From Paragordius varius (taxonomy: Eukaryota > Animalia > Nematomorpha): a stretch of 64,000 nt of DNA. Made by a program: the position numbers and the translations under genes. Location of the stretch: positions 3,472,001-3,536,000 of the forward strand of contig OZ176054.1 in the NCBI GenBank assembly GCA_964247055.1. Reading direction: 5' to 3'. Below the pieces are notes generated by a model, which ran no database searches, had not been told where the DNA came from, and was given only the letters and a program-made list of their open reading frames with translations. Numbering within the stretch: the first letter of the stretch is position 1; each line of letters starts with the position of its first letter. Below, piece by piece: positions 27,282 to 40,697 of this stretch.

Positions 27282-28760
27282 CAGTGGTACTCACCAAAAA
27301 AATTTGACGGATAAATAAAATATATTTTTTTTTTCGAGGGCCATCCTTATAATGGCAAATATTCCATAGCTATTTGACACATATGCACATATTTATACTC
27401 TAAATCAGCACAATGAATTTTTTGCGGATCGCATGTAAATCCATCTAAAAATCGTTTTTCACCATTTAATTTAAAAAATTAGAATATTTTGATAAATTTT
27501 GATATTAGCCAATAATTTTTGACAAATTTGGTTTTACTTTATGACAGGCCAATCTTAATACGCCGTCCATATGATCATCGGTTAAGCGATTTCTGAATGT
27601 ATTCTTGACATACTTTATTTTTGATGCCGTCTCACACGTGAAAGTGGAGGGAACAGTTAGGATAACTTGAGTACATTTTTTTTATTTTTTTAATCATTTG
27701 GCACATCTTGCCAAAACTCTACATATCTTTCTTCTCTACGATTCTTCTTGAATATAGCCTCCAAATCGGAATCATTTTTTAAATCTACATATTTTTTAAT
27801 GATATGTTCCTGGTCAAAACCAAAATGCTCAAGTTTCTTAATTTTAGATATATCCATGTGCCATGGATTTTCAAGTTTTATCATTTTTAATATTTCTTAC
27901 TATTTTATGTTACAGTAGCGTATGGAGTAAAAGATTGTTAGTGCAAAAAAGAATAAAAAAAAATTTTTTTTTAAAAAAAACAAGGGGACATTATACATAT
28001 GTGTATTTACAACTAGGATTGTTTTTTTAAAAAAAACATTTTTTTATTCTATTTTGCACTAACAATCTTTTACTCCATACGCTACTGTAAATGATTGTCT
28101 ATTAAATTGATCTCCGCGTAAGTACATAGTTTCTTCATAAATTGTTTTAAATGTTGGGAAATATAGGAGTGTTTTATTTATAAAATCTTGTTTATATTTT
28201 ATTAATTTTTCTTCAATAGCAAATATTTGATTAGCAAATTGGGTTATTATTTTGCCCCCCTGAAGACCTGTATTAAAAATACTAAGTTTATAAGTAATGT
28301 CGTGAAGGTAGGCTAATAAAACCCACCATTTGTCACTCTTAATTTATTCGTCTCTATTATCTTTATTAAATAATAGAATTTCATGTCTTAAAACAAAAAA
28401 TCTATTTAATACTTTTCTAAGGAGCCATCTCACAGCGGTGTACAAAAGAATATCATCAAACTCACTGTGGATATTTTTCAGAGGTTTTAGAATTTACGGA
28501 GGTTGAATTCTCTGCCACGGATGTGGTTAACTATATCCACAACCGTTTTAATTATCAAATTGAGGAATTCATCTTTTGCACGCGAACCAAATTTTGCTGA
28601 TGAATAAAGCAGTGAAAAGATTAAATATTTTGATGTCTTTCAATATTGTATTTTTTATTATTCTGTTGTCCTTACATATAAGGCAGGTAACAACATTTTT
28701 ATTTAACACGACAAAAAAATTTTCTTTCCATTCTTTTTAAAGGGGCGATTTTCATCGGAT
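27282..28760 (-). mobile_element. hAT (Charlie/SPIN-like) transposase pseudogene with one terminus
   Basis: Minus-strand peptides DDILLYTAVRWLLRKVLNRFFVLRHEI, LAYLHDITYKLSIFNTGLQG, EFWQDVP and STFTCET..KNTFRNRLTDDHMDGVLR match hAT catalytic and dimerisation motifs. Terminus CAGTGGTACTCACC at 27282; a similar terminus lies inverted at ~61057. Stops present. Confidence 0.85.
27913..28087. mobile_element. Tc1/mariner-type MITE (175 bp) inserted in the hAT transposase
   Basis: TA target duplication and a perfect 36-bp TIR CAGTAGCGTATGGAGTAAAAGATTGTTAGTGCAAAA. Confidence 0.9.
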
Positions 28761-28879
28761 AATTTACATTTTTTAGCATTAGATTTAATCCTTTGAATTT
28801 ATGTTCATATATTATGTAAATATTTTCAAAAAATAGGAATATAAAGTCAATTTGCTATAAAAAACAGGTCGAAATTTAA

Positions 28880-31290
28880 TGATGTTGATTATGGAATTCA
28901 TATATTTATAAAAATGGAAAATTCTCGGTTTGTGATCTGTTTCCAGAAAATGAGTAGACCCATATAAATCCAAATGTCGAAAAAATATATCATTAATGAA
29001 TGCCCCGACAATAGCTTAGCCTGGGCCCACCCCGTGTAAAAGACGGTTTTTTTGAAATCTCCACAAAAATCGTGGCGTTGAGACAATTTTCCGGAAAACG
29101 TTTTGAACCATTTGATTTCAAATATAATTTACTTATTTTTGATTGCGCCGAACATAGTCGGTTCGCTTTTTTAATTTAGGCCTTCTATTTACCCGCTCCT
29201 CTCGTAAAAGGCCATTTTTTCAACAATAACTAATTTTTTGAATCTATTTCTCGACCAGGGTATGAGACCGTATAAATTCCATGAAGATTCCAGGTAATCT
29301 TTGTTAAAAGGCAAAAATTTTAGTCATTCGTTTTTTTATATTCGCTGCTGGGTAAGGAGATACCCGCTAAAAACTGCCCCGTCATATGGAAATAGGGTGC
29401 CTTTGGGGCTAAATTTCAGAAAACCTATCAGACCACATGATTTTAATCCGTGCTTAAAAAATTACACGTGAAAAGGCAAAAATTCAGGTTGTGTGGTGTT
29501 AAAATTAGCTGTTAATTAGGCCCTTCACGCCCTGAATAATGCGCCACCATGGAATGATTTTTTACTTTGAGGCAATTTTTCCAAAAACGAATGAGAGCAT
29601 ATTGGATCAATCATCATTCCAGGTATTCTCCTTAAAAAGGCAAAAAAAATTAATCAAGCGCTTTATTGTATCAGCCTCTGGGGAGGAAGCTACCCGCCTA
29701 AAACTACGCCACCATATCGAAATTGAGTTGTTTTGGAGTTAATTATCAGAAAACTTATCAGGCCACATAAGTTTAATAAGGGCCAGAAATATTAACCGTA
29801 AAAAATTTAAGTCTCCTATAAAGGCAAAATTTTTATCGAACGTCTTTTTATTGTCTGGGTGGAGGGCTTCACCTCTGCAACAGCGCCACCATATCGATAC
29901 AGCGTGACTATGGAGAATTTTAGAAAACTTATCAGGCCATTTGAGCTCAATAAGGGCTTGAAATATTACCCACAAAAAGCAAAAATTTAATAGTGGTTTC
30001 ATTAAATTACCTTTTAACACTTCGATTCGAATTGGGGTATTTAAACCCAGGCTATATTTGAGTTTATGTTTTTAAAAAAACAACTGAAAGAAACGGACCC
30101 AATTTAAATTTATGCTTCTATCCCAATAAAAATTATATAAATAAGCCAAAATATCTAAATAAAATTAAGTTTTGTAAAAAAAGTTTCATATCGCCATTTT
30201 TATTTTACAAATTTTTTTCAAAATATCATGTTTATTTAATTTTAAAGCTAAAATTAAGGCTAATTTTTATTTAAATCACATCTAACATTAATATAAACAG
30301 AAAAGTGGATTATTTTTATTTTAGCTAAGGCACACATGTCATGTTGACTAAATATTTACCTGGAGTTTACCTTAAAATAATTAATATCAATTTTTTGAAT
30401 AAACTTTTTTACATATTATGTTATAGAGCAAATTTTTGCCATGGTTTCAATTCATTCTATATTTTTTAGATAATGAATTTTAAAGAGGCCTGGGGTATCC
30501 AACTACCTTAATTTGAATCGAAGGACTGAAAATGTGTTGTATTCGAATGTTAATTAGGCCCTTGCCTTAGAAAATGCGCCATCATAGAATGACTTTTTTA
30601 AGCAATTTTCCAAAAACCCACGAGAGCAAATGGAATCAATCATGATTCCTGGTATTACCCGAATTATGGCAGAAATTTTAATTTAGCGTTTATTTGTTTC
30701 GCCCCTGGTTAGGGGGCTACCCGCATTAAACTACGTCACCATATCACGGTCTGCCTGAGCCAAATTTCAGAAAACCTATGAGACTAATAAACATATGGAA
30801 TCCATGATAATTCCAGATATTCCCCATATGAAAGCAAAAATTTTGCCTAACGCTTTTTTATGCCTGCCCCTGGGTAAGGAGCTACCCCCAAAAAACTGCG
30901 CCACTATATAAAATTGCGTTGTTTTGGAGCTAGTTTACAAAAAATTTATGAGGCCATATAAGTTTATTAAAAACTTGAACTATTACCCGTAACTAGGTAA
31001 AAATTAAGATCAGGCGTTTTTTTCTAGTCTTTAATCTGGGGACTTTATGCACTAAAAATACGCCATCATATCACGATTATTTAGTGTTAAGATATTAATT
31101 TGAACAACCCAGGATACGATGGTAAGAGGAATCCAAATATTTTCCCTATAAAGAAAAAAATTTAACTCAGCGCCTTTTCCTTATAGGTCTATGTGTAAGG
31201 GCCTACCGGGTTTTAAACTAAGACGCCATACAAAAATGGCGTGGTTTTAGAGAATTTCAGTAAACTTAAGAAGCCATATGAGTTAGGTTA
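28880..31290. repeat. Composite repeat D: ~400-bp head plus an array of diverged ~170-bp units
   Basis: Unit core AAAGGCAAAAATTT..CTGGGTAAGGAGCTACCCGC..AAAACTACGCCACCATATCGAAAT..GAAAAC(C/T)TATCAGGCCA appears about 8-9 times. Interrupted by the MITE at 30018-30549. Confidence 0.7.
30018..30549 (+). mobile_element. piggyBac-type MITE, family A, nested in repeat D
   Basis: TTAA at 30014-30017 and 30550-30553 with both family-A ends. Confidence 0.85.
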
Positions 31291-32744
31291 AACACATTTC
31301 TAGAGAATTTTTATAATATCATTCTTTTCATATTACCAGAAATGATTTACTTATATCCCTTGATCCCAGCTGTGTGAACATTTCAAAATAAAACTTTTAA
31401 CCATGATTCCGCAAAACGAAAATTTAAAATAAATCCAATGATAGTAGTTGAATATTAACTTTAATAAGGGACAGTTTAAATATGGTCAATTTCGAGTAAA
31501 CAATATTTGAGTCTATGCGAAACCCGTAAAAAATTAAAGGCATTTTTTTTAATATGTTTTTTATTATTTTTTTATCTCCGTTACCTCTAATTATTGGAAA
31601 TTATTAAAAATAATTATCGGTGCAGGATAGCAATGAAAAGAACATGTATATGCAAGTTTGGGTAAAAGGCTTGCTAAAATAAAAAGGAATGCAATAAAAT
31701 CAAAATAGAAAAAAATAGAATACAGAAACAACGTGTGCCATAATTATAATATCATAATGCAGGAAAATTTTTCTACATTTTAAACTGGGTAAAAAATAAA
31801 AATTGGCAAAATTAAATCTAAAGAAAAATAATTTAATATTATTAAAAAACACGAAAATTCGTTCATGTTTATTTTAAAAATTCATCAATAAAAAAATAAT
31901 TAAAGTAATATGGCCATAGGGCAATTAAGCTTTTAACTGCTTTAAGATCTCAAAATCAAATGGCTCCAAAACACGAGAACGATCATCTGATATTGCTGCT
32001 CAATTAAATTTATAAACTTTCCAAAGTTAAATATTTATATTTTTTAACCATTATGTACAATTATAAGCGTGTTGCATACACACATTATAAAAAATGGCAT
32101 TGAAAAATATTTTCACCTTTTTTAACAATTCTTCCGTACCTAGCGTCTAAAAAGCTAAAGAAAGCATTTAAAATCGGCCCAATGCTAAATAATATTCTCA
32201 AATATATTCAAATTTTAAATGGCCTTGAGGTATAAAATACCCCATAAATAGCGTTCAACCAGCGCGTAGAATTCTTTAAAAATACTTAAATACTGTTACA
32301 AAAAATTGCTATTTTAAAAAATAGGGTATTTTCAGTTCCAACCTGCGCTTCAAGTAGGACCATTAAAAAAAATATACATAAAATTCAAAACATCAAATGG
32401 GCCGATATGGTCTATACGAGCTTATAGAAAAGATAAACAAACCCATGCAGGGCTCTCAAAACTTTTTTCGAAAATGACTTTGGATGATCTCCTATCAATT
32501 GATTCATAAGGGCCGAAACCTTTTTTTTCATACATATCTATGTTATTTGCATATATTATATAATAAGCATTTAAAGAAATATATTTTTATAGATATCAAT
32601 TGGGTTTAGAGCATTTAGTACAAAAATATTTTTTGAAATAAATATATTTATTTTGTTACATTGTAAACGCACGTTTTCAAAGTGACTTCCTATTTACGAT
32701 CAATTAACTATTCATATTTGGTCTTACGTAATTTGCATCGCAAT

Positions 32745-33487
32745 ATGGTAAATCCCAAAGTATTCTTTGATATTGCTGCGGATGGTCAACCTCTTGGAAG
32801 AGTTGTTATGGAAGTATATATTAAATATTAGATGCATTGAGTAGAGCTGGCTAATAATTTATATATTAATCAGTGTCATACACATGCTATATTAACTTAA
32901 TTATTTCGCTAACCTTATAATGTATTTATCGTTTAATGTTTGATAGTTATAATTTTGACATATTTTTAGTTGAACAGTGATATTGTACCAAAAACTGCCG
33001 AAAATTTTAGAGCTCTTTGCACTGGTGAAAAGGGATTCGGTTATAAAGGTTCTACATTTCATCGCGTTATTCCCAATTTTATGTGTCAAGGCGGTGATTT
33101 TACCAATCATAACGGAACCGGAGGAAAATCTATCTATGGCGAGAAATTTCCTGATGAAAATTTTACCCTAAAGCATACGGGGCCTGGTATGTATACTTTT
33201 GTTTTAACAATTAATCCATAATATATTTTTGTTAATTAATATTGTATTCATATATTTTATTTATAAAAATGTATTTAGGTATTTTGTCTATGGCTAATTC
33301 GGGCAAAGATACGAACGGTTCTCAGTTTTTTATTTGCACAGCTAAAACCAGTTGGTTAGATGGAAAACATGTGGTTTTCGGAAAAGTTGCAGAGGGTATG
33401 GATGTTATCAAGAAAGTCGAAGGATTTGGTTCACAAAGTGGGAAAACATCCAAGAAAATTACTATCAACGATTGTGGGCAACTATAA
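32745..33487 (+). CDS. PPIA: Peptidyl-prolyl cis-trans isomerase, cyclophilin A type (164 aa)
   Basis: Exons 32745-32813, 32970-33186, 33279-33487. [67 protein letters not shown]...[11 protein letters not shown]. Introns are 156 and 92 nt. Confidence 0.97.
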
Positions 33488-33748
33488 AAATTTATGGTGC
33501 CAACATTTTGCATTCTTTATCTATTATACATATATTCTGCTTTTTTGTATTCATAGTTTTTTTCCCAATTTCTGATAGTTTTTTACATTAAATATATTAC
33601 GTTTTCTCAGACTATGTAATGTGATAAGTATTTTGTAAAGCCATTCTAGTAAATTCATTTATTTTATACATATTGTTCATATTCAGCTTAAGTGCTCTTT
33701 TAATAAAAAATAAACATAAATTTATTTAAATAAGACAAACATGATTAA

Positions 33749-34359
33749 CACCTGGATACAAGACAATCATTTTAGTCCTTTGATTTAAATTGGGGTATAG
33801 TTAAATACCCCAGGCCTGTTAAAATAAAAGTCTGGGGTATCTAAACACCCTAAACTAAATTTGACTTAGGTTTTTTTAAAAACTAATGAAGGAAACGCTC
33901 CTAATTTAAATTTATGCTTCTATCCTAATAATAATTAAATAAATATGCCAAAATATCTAAATAAAATTTTGTTTTGAAAAAAAGTTCCATGAAACTACTT
34001 AGACGCTATTTTTATTTTAAAAAATTTTGCAAAATATCGTCTTCATTTAATTTTAAGGGTATAATTAGAGCTGATTTTTTATTTAAATTATATCTAACAT
34101 TGATAGAAATAGAAAAAGTGGCTTATTTTATTTTTCAATTTTACTATTGCACACGTGTCACGTTAAATTTTATATAAGTAATATCAAGTATTTTCAATAA
34201 ATTTTATATATTTCGGTTTATTAATGTTATATAAGTCAAAATTTTGCCATGATTTCGATTCCTTCCATATTTTCAAAGAATTTTATTTTAAACAGGCCTC
34301 CGGTATTCAACTACCCCAATTTGAATCAAGGACTAAAATGAGTCTGTTGTATCCAGGTG
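33749..34359 (+). mobile_element. Rearranged family-A MITE carrying two right ends
   Basis: TTAA|CACCTGGATAC at 33749 (inverted right end) and GTATCCAGGTG|TTAA at 34359. The body matches the 7770 copy from ~33830 onward. Confidence 0.8.
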
Positions 34360-34479
34360 TTAATCATGTTTGTCTTATTTAAATATATTTATGTTTATTT
34401 TTTATTAAAAGAGCACTTAAGCTGGCTTTTAGATCATGTATTTTTTTAACGTAATTATTAGAATTAATGTGCTGTCTTT

Positions 34480-35050
34480 TTCCGTAATGAGTACGATCAG
34501 TGCAGTTGTTTGATTTTTTTGACATTGCTATTAATGCGCCCAGGTATATTATAATGTTATAGCGGGCGTTATTCCCATTTTGTAAATTCTTTTGGTAAAT
34601 TTGATATTTTTTGATTAATCATATTTTCGGATATTGGCCCATCCTGTCTATATAGGTTATGACATCCTTCCGATCACTGTCTAATATACTTTTTAAGAGA
34701 AAGGATATTAAAACTTTAAATTTGTCTCCATATAATAACGAGTAGTTTAATAAGTATTTGTGCCGATTTCGCTTAGGGATGTTCATGTAAAAATAAATTG
34801 TTGTTTCCTTTTTTAACTCAACATTTGTCTATATGTGTTTAGTATTTTTACTTATAACATGAGTTTTTAATAAAACAAACAAGGATTATAATTCATACCG
34901 TTTTTGATCATCCTTCTGAGAATATTTCTATGTTTCTAATTTACTATATTTTCTGGGTTATATGGTTTCCATTCCAGGGTTTTTGCCCTTAAAAAGAGTG
35001 TCATTCAATTTTTTTATAGTTTCATATTTTAAATACAAATTATATTATAA
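34480..35050 (-). pseudogene. Possible decayed piggyBac transposase fragment
   Basis: Minus-strand fragments LFKGK, SDRKDV and HYNIPGRIN occur in the order expected for piggyBac motifs (FKGR, WxDKKDV, YNxxMGGVD). Many stops. Confidence 0.35.
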
Positions 35051-37176
35051 TTATTTTGATATTATAGATAATAGCTGCAAAACTGTAAACATGTGTCCAC
35101 AAACGTTATTTATCATACTTTTTTCTGGAAAGCCCAAACATATATATCTAACGGTTTAAATAAAATAAAACATAAGCACTTCGATTAAATTGGAGTAACT
35201 AGCGACCATATTTAAATTGATATTTTAAAACTACTGATGGACACCGTATTAATTTAAATTTAGGCTTCTATCCCACTAAAAATTATATAAATAAAGGCAA
35301 AATATCTTAACAAATTAGTTTTAAAAAAGCTCCATATAAAACAAATTGGTTCTTGGTATACTTAAATGTTATGAGATTTATATAAATGTCACATAAAAAC
35401 GTCAACTGTTGGCTAGCCGAATCAATGCAATAATGATCAAAATCGCACAAAAACAAACTAAATTATTTTGGAACCGCAATTCCAGTTCCTATACGGTTTT
35501 AGGATGGTTTATCAGTATTTTTGGTTCCTAGGTGGTTTTCTAAAAAACTTGTAGTTTTCGTTTCGACCCCTGTTAAAAATATAAATTAAAGAAATTTTTT
35601 AAAACCGTTTTTATCGTATTTTATTTTTTGGTCCCGAATGTCATAAATTTATATTTTAATCTCATAACCAAATCAGAAAATCAGATTATTAAATATAAGT
35701 ATTCAATCAATCATTAATACATCATTAAACTTTAGTTAAGGATGAGCGCATGTATACAAAAGTGTTTAATTTATGTGATATATCTGTTTTACACATGCGC
35801 TTATTCACATTTTTATGTGAATATTCACGTGTATTTATTCCTTTTCTCATAAACAATACAATGTATAAATATATGAATACCAATAAAATCTTAAAAAATA
35901 TTGTGATATACCACAATTACCAATTGTATATGCAATTTTATTTTTTTTTGACAAAAAAATTATTTTTTACCTGATATTCCTCCTTCCATTCAAGGAAAAA
36001 AGGTGATCAATAATATTTAAAATTTTGTAACTATATAATGATTAAATCAGATTTTACTTATTACATATATACATTGTACATGTAAACAATTATTTTTTAA
36101 TAGCCATACACATCACATACTAACATAACCTATTAGACATTCTAAATTGTTCTGTTTACTTGTATCATTGTAACACATTAACAACCCTTAACATCTGATC
36201 TTATTCCAATAATGATTTTTATATAGCTAATTTTTTTCATAACCAGTCTTTTGGGTATATCTATTTTTTCCCAAATCAGCCTATATAATCTAGTTGTTGA
36301 CACTAATATAATGTTTTAATATATGGCCCCTGCTAACTAGGTGGCTAACCAATAATGAGGTAATATTTATCGGAAAATCTTTTTTTTTATGTTGAAATAG
36401 AAATGGGATTAAATTTTTGAAAATTTTTCTATTATCTTTTATATCCAACCAACTTTTATACGTTATTTATGCCAATTTGTTATATTATGTATTATAGCAC
36501 ATTGCAAATACGACACTTTAGCCCTCTTTTTTTATTTCATTCTCCATTATATATATGATGGCGACAATTTGAGTTTGGTCCAAAAAAATAATTTGTAATG
36601 CGCACGCATATTTTTAATGTATATAAAAATATTTATTTTTGTTTGTGAAATTTTCCATTTGAATTAACAAAATATATAATATGAAATTCATTCTGTGAAA
36701 GTAAGTGATAATTATATTATAATTTTGCTAGAAAAAAGTTTAAATTTTTGACGACTTTAATCCATTTAATTATACATTTTTAATTTTTTCCGTCAATCTA
36801 TATTTCACATGTATAGTTTACAAAATAATGTGGATGTTTTAAAATTTTAAATAACTTTTAAAGATCATTTATTGATTCGTTTTAGAGATGTAGTTATAGG
36901 AAGATATTGAATTACGCTTTAAAATTATTATAATTTGTTTTTATACATCCGTTATTTATTCTTATATTATTGTTTTACAACTAGAAAATAATCCCGTCCA
37001 TACTGCAAATAAAATGCTTCCGTTTTAGCATTATCATATAACATAATAATATAAAAGGCCAATCGATTTTCTAAACGAAACATATGCTATTTTGCTCGAT
37101 TAAAAATTTATAATCTCATAAAAAACGATTTCTACATTAAAACTTTGAACCTAACTGTAAATAAAACCCTTCTATT

Positions 37177-40100
37177 ATGGCGACTATGAATTGTTGCTTG
37201 GTAGCCGGACCAACCGGTTGTATGGATTACGATTTTTCATTCCGATTGAAGCGGTCATTTGAGATCAACAATCCTAAGTTTGGTAGTAGAATTGAGGCAT
37301 CCCTACCCAATAAAACAGAACAAAACGAGAAAAATCCAACAGTAAAAAGCTTAAGAAAGAAACGTGTTGAGAAACAGCCTACCATATCCCCCAATAATAT
37401 CACAGGTATGGAGGAAACAACACAACCACTCACCGATAAGGATAAAAACACATCTTTACCTACAAAGCGGAATACAGTTAAAAGATCTAATTCCCATGCA
37501 GACTTAAAATGGAGGAAGTCGGAATTAAATGCAACGGATAAAGGTTCATACCTCGGAACACATTGTGAATGGTTACCATTAGCCACTTCTTTGGACGAAT
37601 CAATGTTTGTTAATTTACTCAATTCTGCCATAAACAATGAATGTACAACAAAACCATCATGCGGTAACAAACCCATTTTAAACCTAATTGCTCAAAAATT
37701 GGATTATTATGCAATAATTGAAGAAGAATGTGAAAAATTGCAATTGTTAACTCTTTCCCCTCTGTCTCATAAACCGACGAAAAAATTGGAAACGGTTAAT
37801 ACAAATCATCCAGCAATAAAATCCCTAACTAATCCGTTATCCGAAAATAGAGAAAAAAATATATCTGATAACGTAACAACTTATACCACCTGTGCCATAA
37901 ATAATATACTTCATGAAATTTCTAATACAGATGCCAAACCGGTACCAAGAATACTTAAATCATGCCTTGCCAAATCTAAAAACAAGCCTTTACCATTGCC
38001 TAACCCCGATAAAGGTACATTGTAATTAAAAAATATCAAAAACAGTCTAAAATACTTTTTAAACTTAATAAAACAAACTGTGATACCATATTTACACCAG
38101 AAAACGGTTAACATTACATCACATACGCTAAATACAAAATATTGGTGAAAACTAAAATATACGTATATTAAAAATAAAAAAATTATAATTTATGAAAAAA
38201 GGGGTCAATAATTTGAAATGGGGATAATAAGAAATTTTATTTTTATAGTAAATAGTTAAAATGATGTGATCTTTTGTATTGTAATGATTTAAAACAGCAA
38301 AAAAATATTTAATGGTTTGCAGCTATACTCTCCCGGATAATACTTCTAATTCAAATAAATATTTAATACAGGCAAAATCACAGTTGTAAAAATGGCCAAG
38401 ATTATTTTTATAAGGTAATCATTATTCGGGCTAAATGTGAGTTAACATTACACTCATTATTTTGTTATAAAAATTTTTCAACAAGTTTATAAATGGTCCT
38501 TGTTAATTCATATATGCCAAAATAATTATTTTTCTTCTGTAAAATTATTATCTAAAAATACAGTAAATTTGGACATTTTAATTACATTTATGGCATAACT
38601 TGTAAGATGGCTAAAATTAATGGATTTTGCAAAAATATTATTTAAAAATGTTATTAATAAATGTTCCTTAGATTTTTATGATTTGGAAATCGTTATTATA
38701 TTTATTATCTTACCTTACAGATGATGATGACAAGAATATAACAGGTTTGGCCTTCCAATTAGCTGACAACAGCAAACCAAATGAAGAAAGACCCATAGTA
38801 ATTGTAAACGATCCCTCACTCGATGATGCCAATGTTTTGACCCGTTCAGCATCTGATTCCAATCTCAATGACGCCCCAGATAACAGTACTTTGAGTGCCC
38901 TAAATTATGAACGTAGACCCCGATCAATATTACACATGAATAATTTGGAGTTGATTGAGGCGTCAGAGAATGATAGGAAAAAGAAAAGGGTCATTTTTGC
39001 AGATGATGTCGGTCAAAATTTGTATTCAATCAAGATCATGGCTGAAGCTTCGGAAAATCCGCCTGAATTCCTCTTCTCTCAAGTGTCCCATGAAAAAATA
39101 TTGGCTGAGATACATCGAACTAGCTCAGATAATCACAGAGGTCAAACACCATCTACTACAATCACAGGTGGTAACTTTCTTGAAATGGGTACAACGGGCA
39201 AGATAACAAACAAGGACAATATGTTTGAAACCTTTGCTAACAAAGGCCTTGACACCTTAAATAAAGTGTTTCGAATATCTGGTTTTCCTTCGACTAATGA
39301 TAACAATATAGGTGCTAATAAGAGTTCAACGACCACAATCAGCCAAAATTCCTGCTTGGATGCAAGAGAAAAGATCTGCCGTTGGTTACCTGAATTCCCA
39401 ATGCCCATAGTTAATTACCAAAAATATCGAGAAAAACTTGAGAATAATTGGATTGGGCTTGAAACTATTCACATTGTTTATTCTGACTCAATGTATAACA
39501 CGACGAATCGTGTGTCAGACTACAATATGGTAGGACGGGTTAGGGTCAAAAACATTGCTTATGAAAAACAAGTCTTTGCTCGAGTAACGTATGATGGCTG
39601 GAAAAATTTTACTGACATACCTTGTTTATTTGCACCACCAACGAATTCTCTTGGTCCAACAACAACATCAGCTTCAAGCAAGAATTTTGCCCTGCTTTAC
39701 GATGAGTTTGTTTTTGAAATTAGATTAGCTACTCCGACAGCCACCAAAGTGCCTACATCAAACGCAACTAATGATGTTTCTAACCAAGCATCACCGTATT
39801 CTATCGAATTTGCTTTATGTCTAAGGTATAAAATTATCTAAGAGTTAAACATTATAATGTAACAGAGAAATACCTTTTGGGGTTAACAATAGCATAAATA
39901 TTATCATCCAAATTATTTTTATAAGTTGACCTCTTTTTTACCTTTTGCAACTTTTCATAGTATAATATTTTTTACCTAAATAGGCTAAATATTATTATTT
40001 TAAAATATTGCGCTGATTTAAAAAGGTTTTATGCCGACCAAAGTTTGTAGCTGTTCTTTTAATTTATTACGTTTTTTGTGGTTTTTCCCTATTATACAAA

Positions 40101-40697
40101 AAAACATTTTCAAGTTTCAGTTTGGGATTTTTCTTAAATCCTGGTCACATGTTTAAATCAACCTATAAAAAAGCAACATATCACCATATACTATAATTGG
40201 CCAATACCAGAAAATCGCGTTTTCCTGCTGCTAATATTTACATAATAAAAGGTTGACCTATCATCATAAACATGACTTATTTTAAGTTTAACTCATAATT
40301 ACCGGAAATGCCATCTCTTCGAAAAGCATGCCATTTAAACGTTCATATTTTTGATATCCATAATAAATTTTGAATAAAATAAATGTTTTCCTTTTATACC
40401 CTTAATAGTAACTAAAAAATTGAAACTCACAAATTTCATCATAATATTAACTTTTCGAAATTTTTAATGTGAACGCAAAACAGATGTCAAGATTCCGAAC
40501 GCTGGGACAATAATAACGGTGCAAATTACAAAATTAGTCTTCTTTCTGTAACTGATACGGTGCATAGTGATGAAAGACAAACTAGGATGCAGACTAACAC
40601 AACTATATATGGGAATGAACAATCGAATAGGGAGGACAGCAACAGTATTCGCACAATATCAAACAAAAATAATTTTGAATCTAATGCCTTCTTCTAG
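37177..40697 (+). CDS. PPP1R3: Protein phosphatase 1 glycogen-targeting regulatory subunit (CBM21 domain), ~718 aa
   Basis: Exons 37177-38014, 38721-39825, 40484-40697 are phase-compatible. RVxF motif KKKRVIFAD; CBM21 peptides GRVRVKNIAYEKQVFARVTYDGW, IEFALCLR and ERWDNNNGANYKI. Paralog not assignable. Confidence 0.92.

Noticed and set aside
37227-37676. 149-aa antisense ORF (and 39142-39408)
   Set aside because: Shadow frames of the PPP1R3 exons with no recognisable features.
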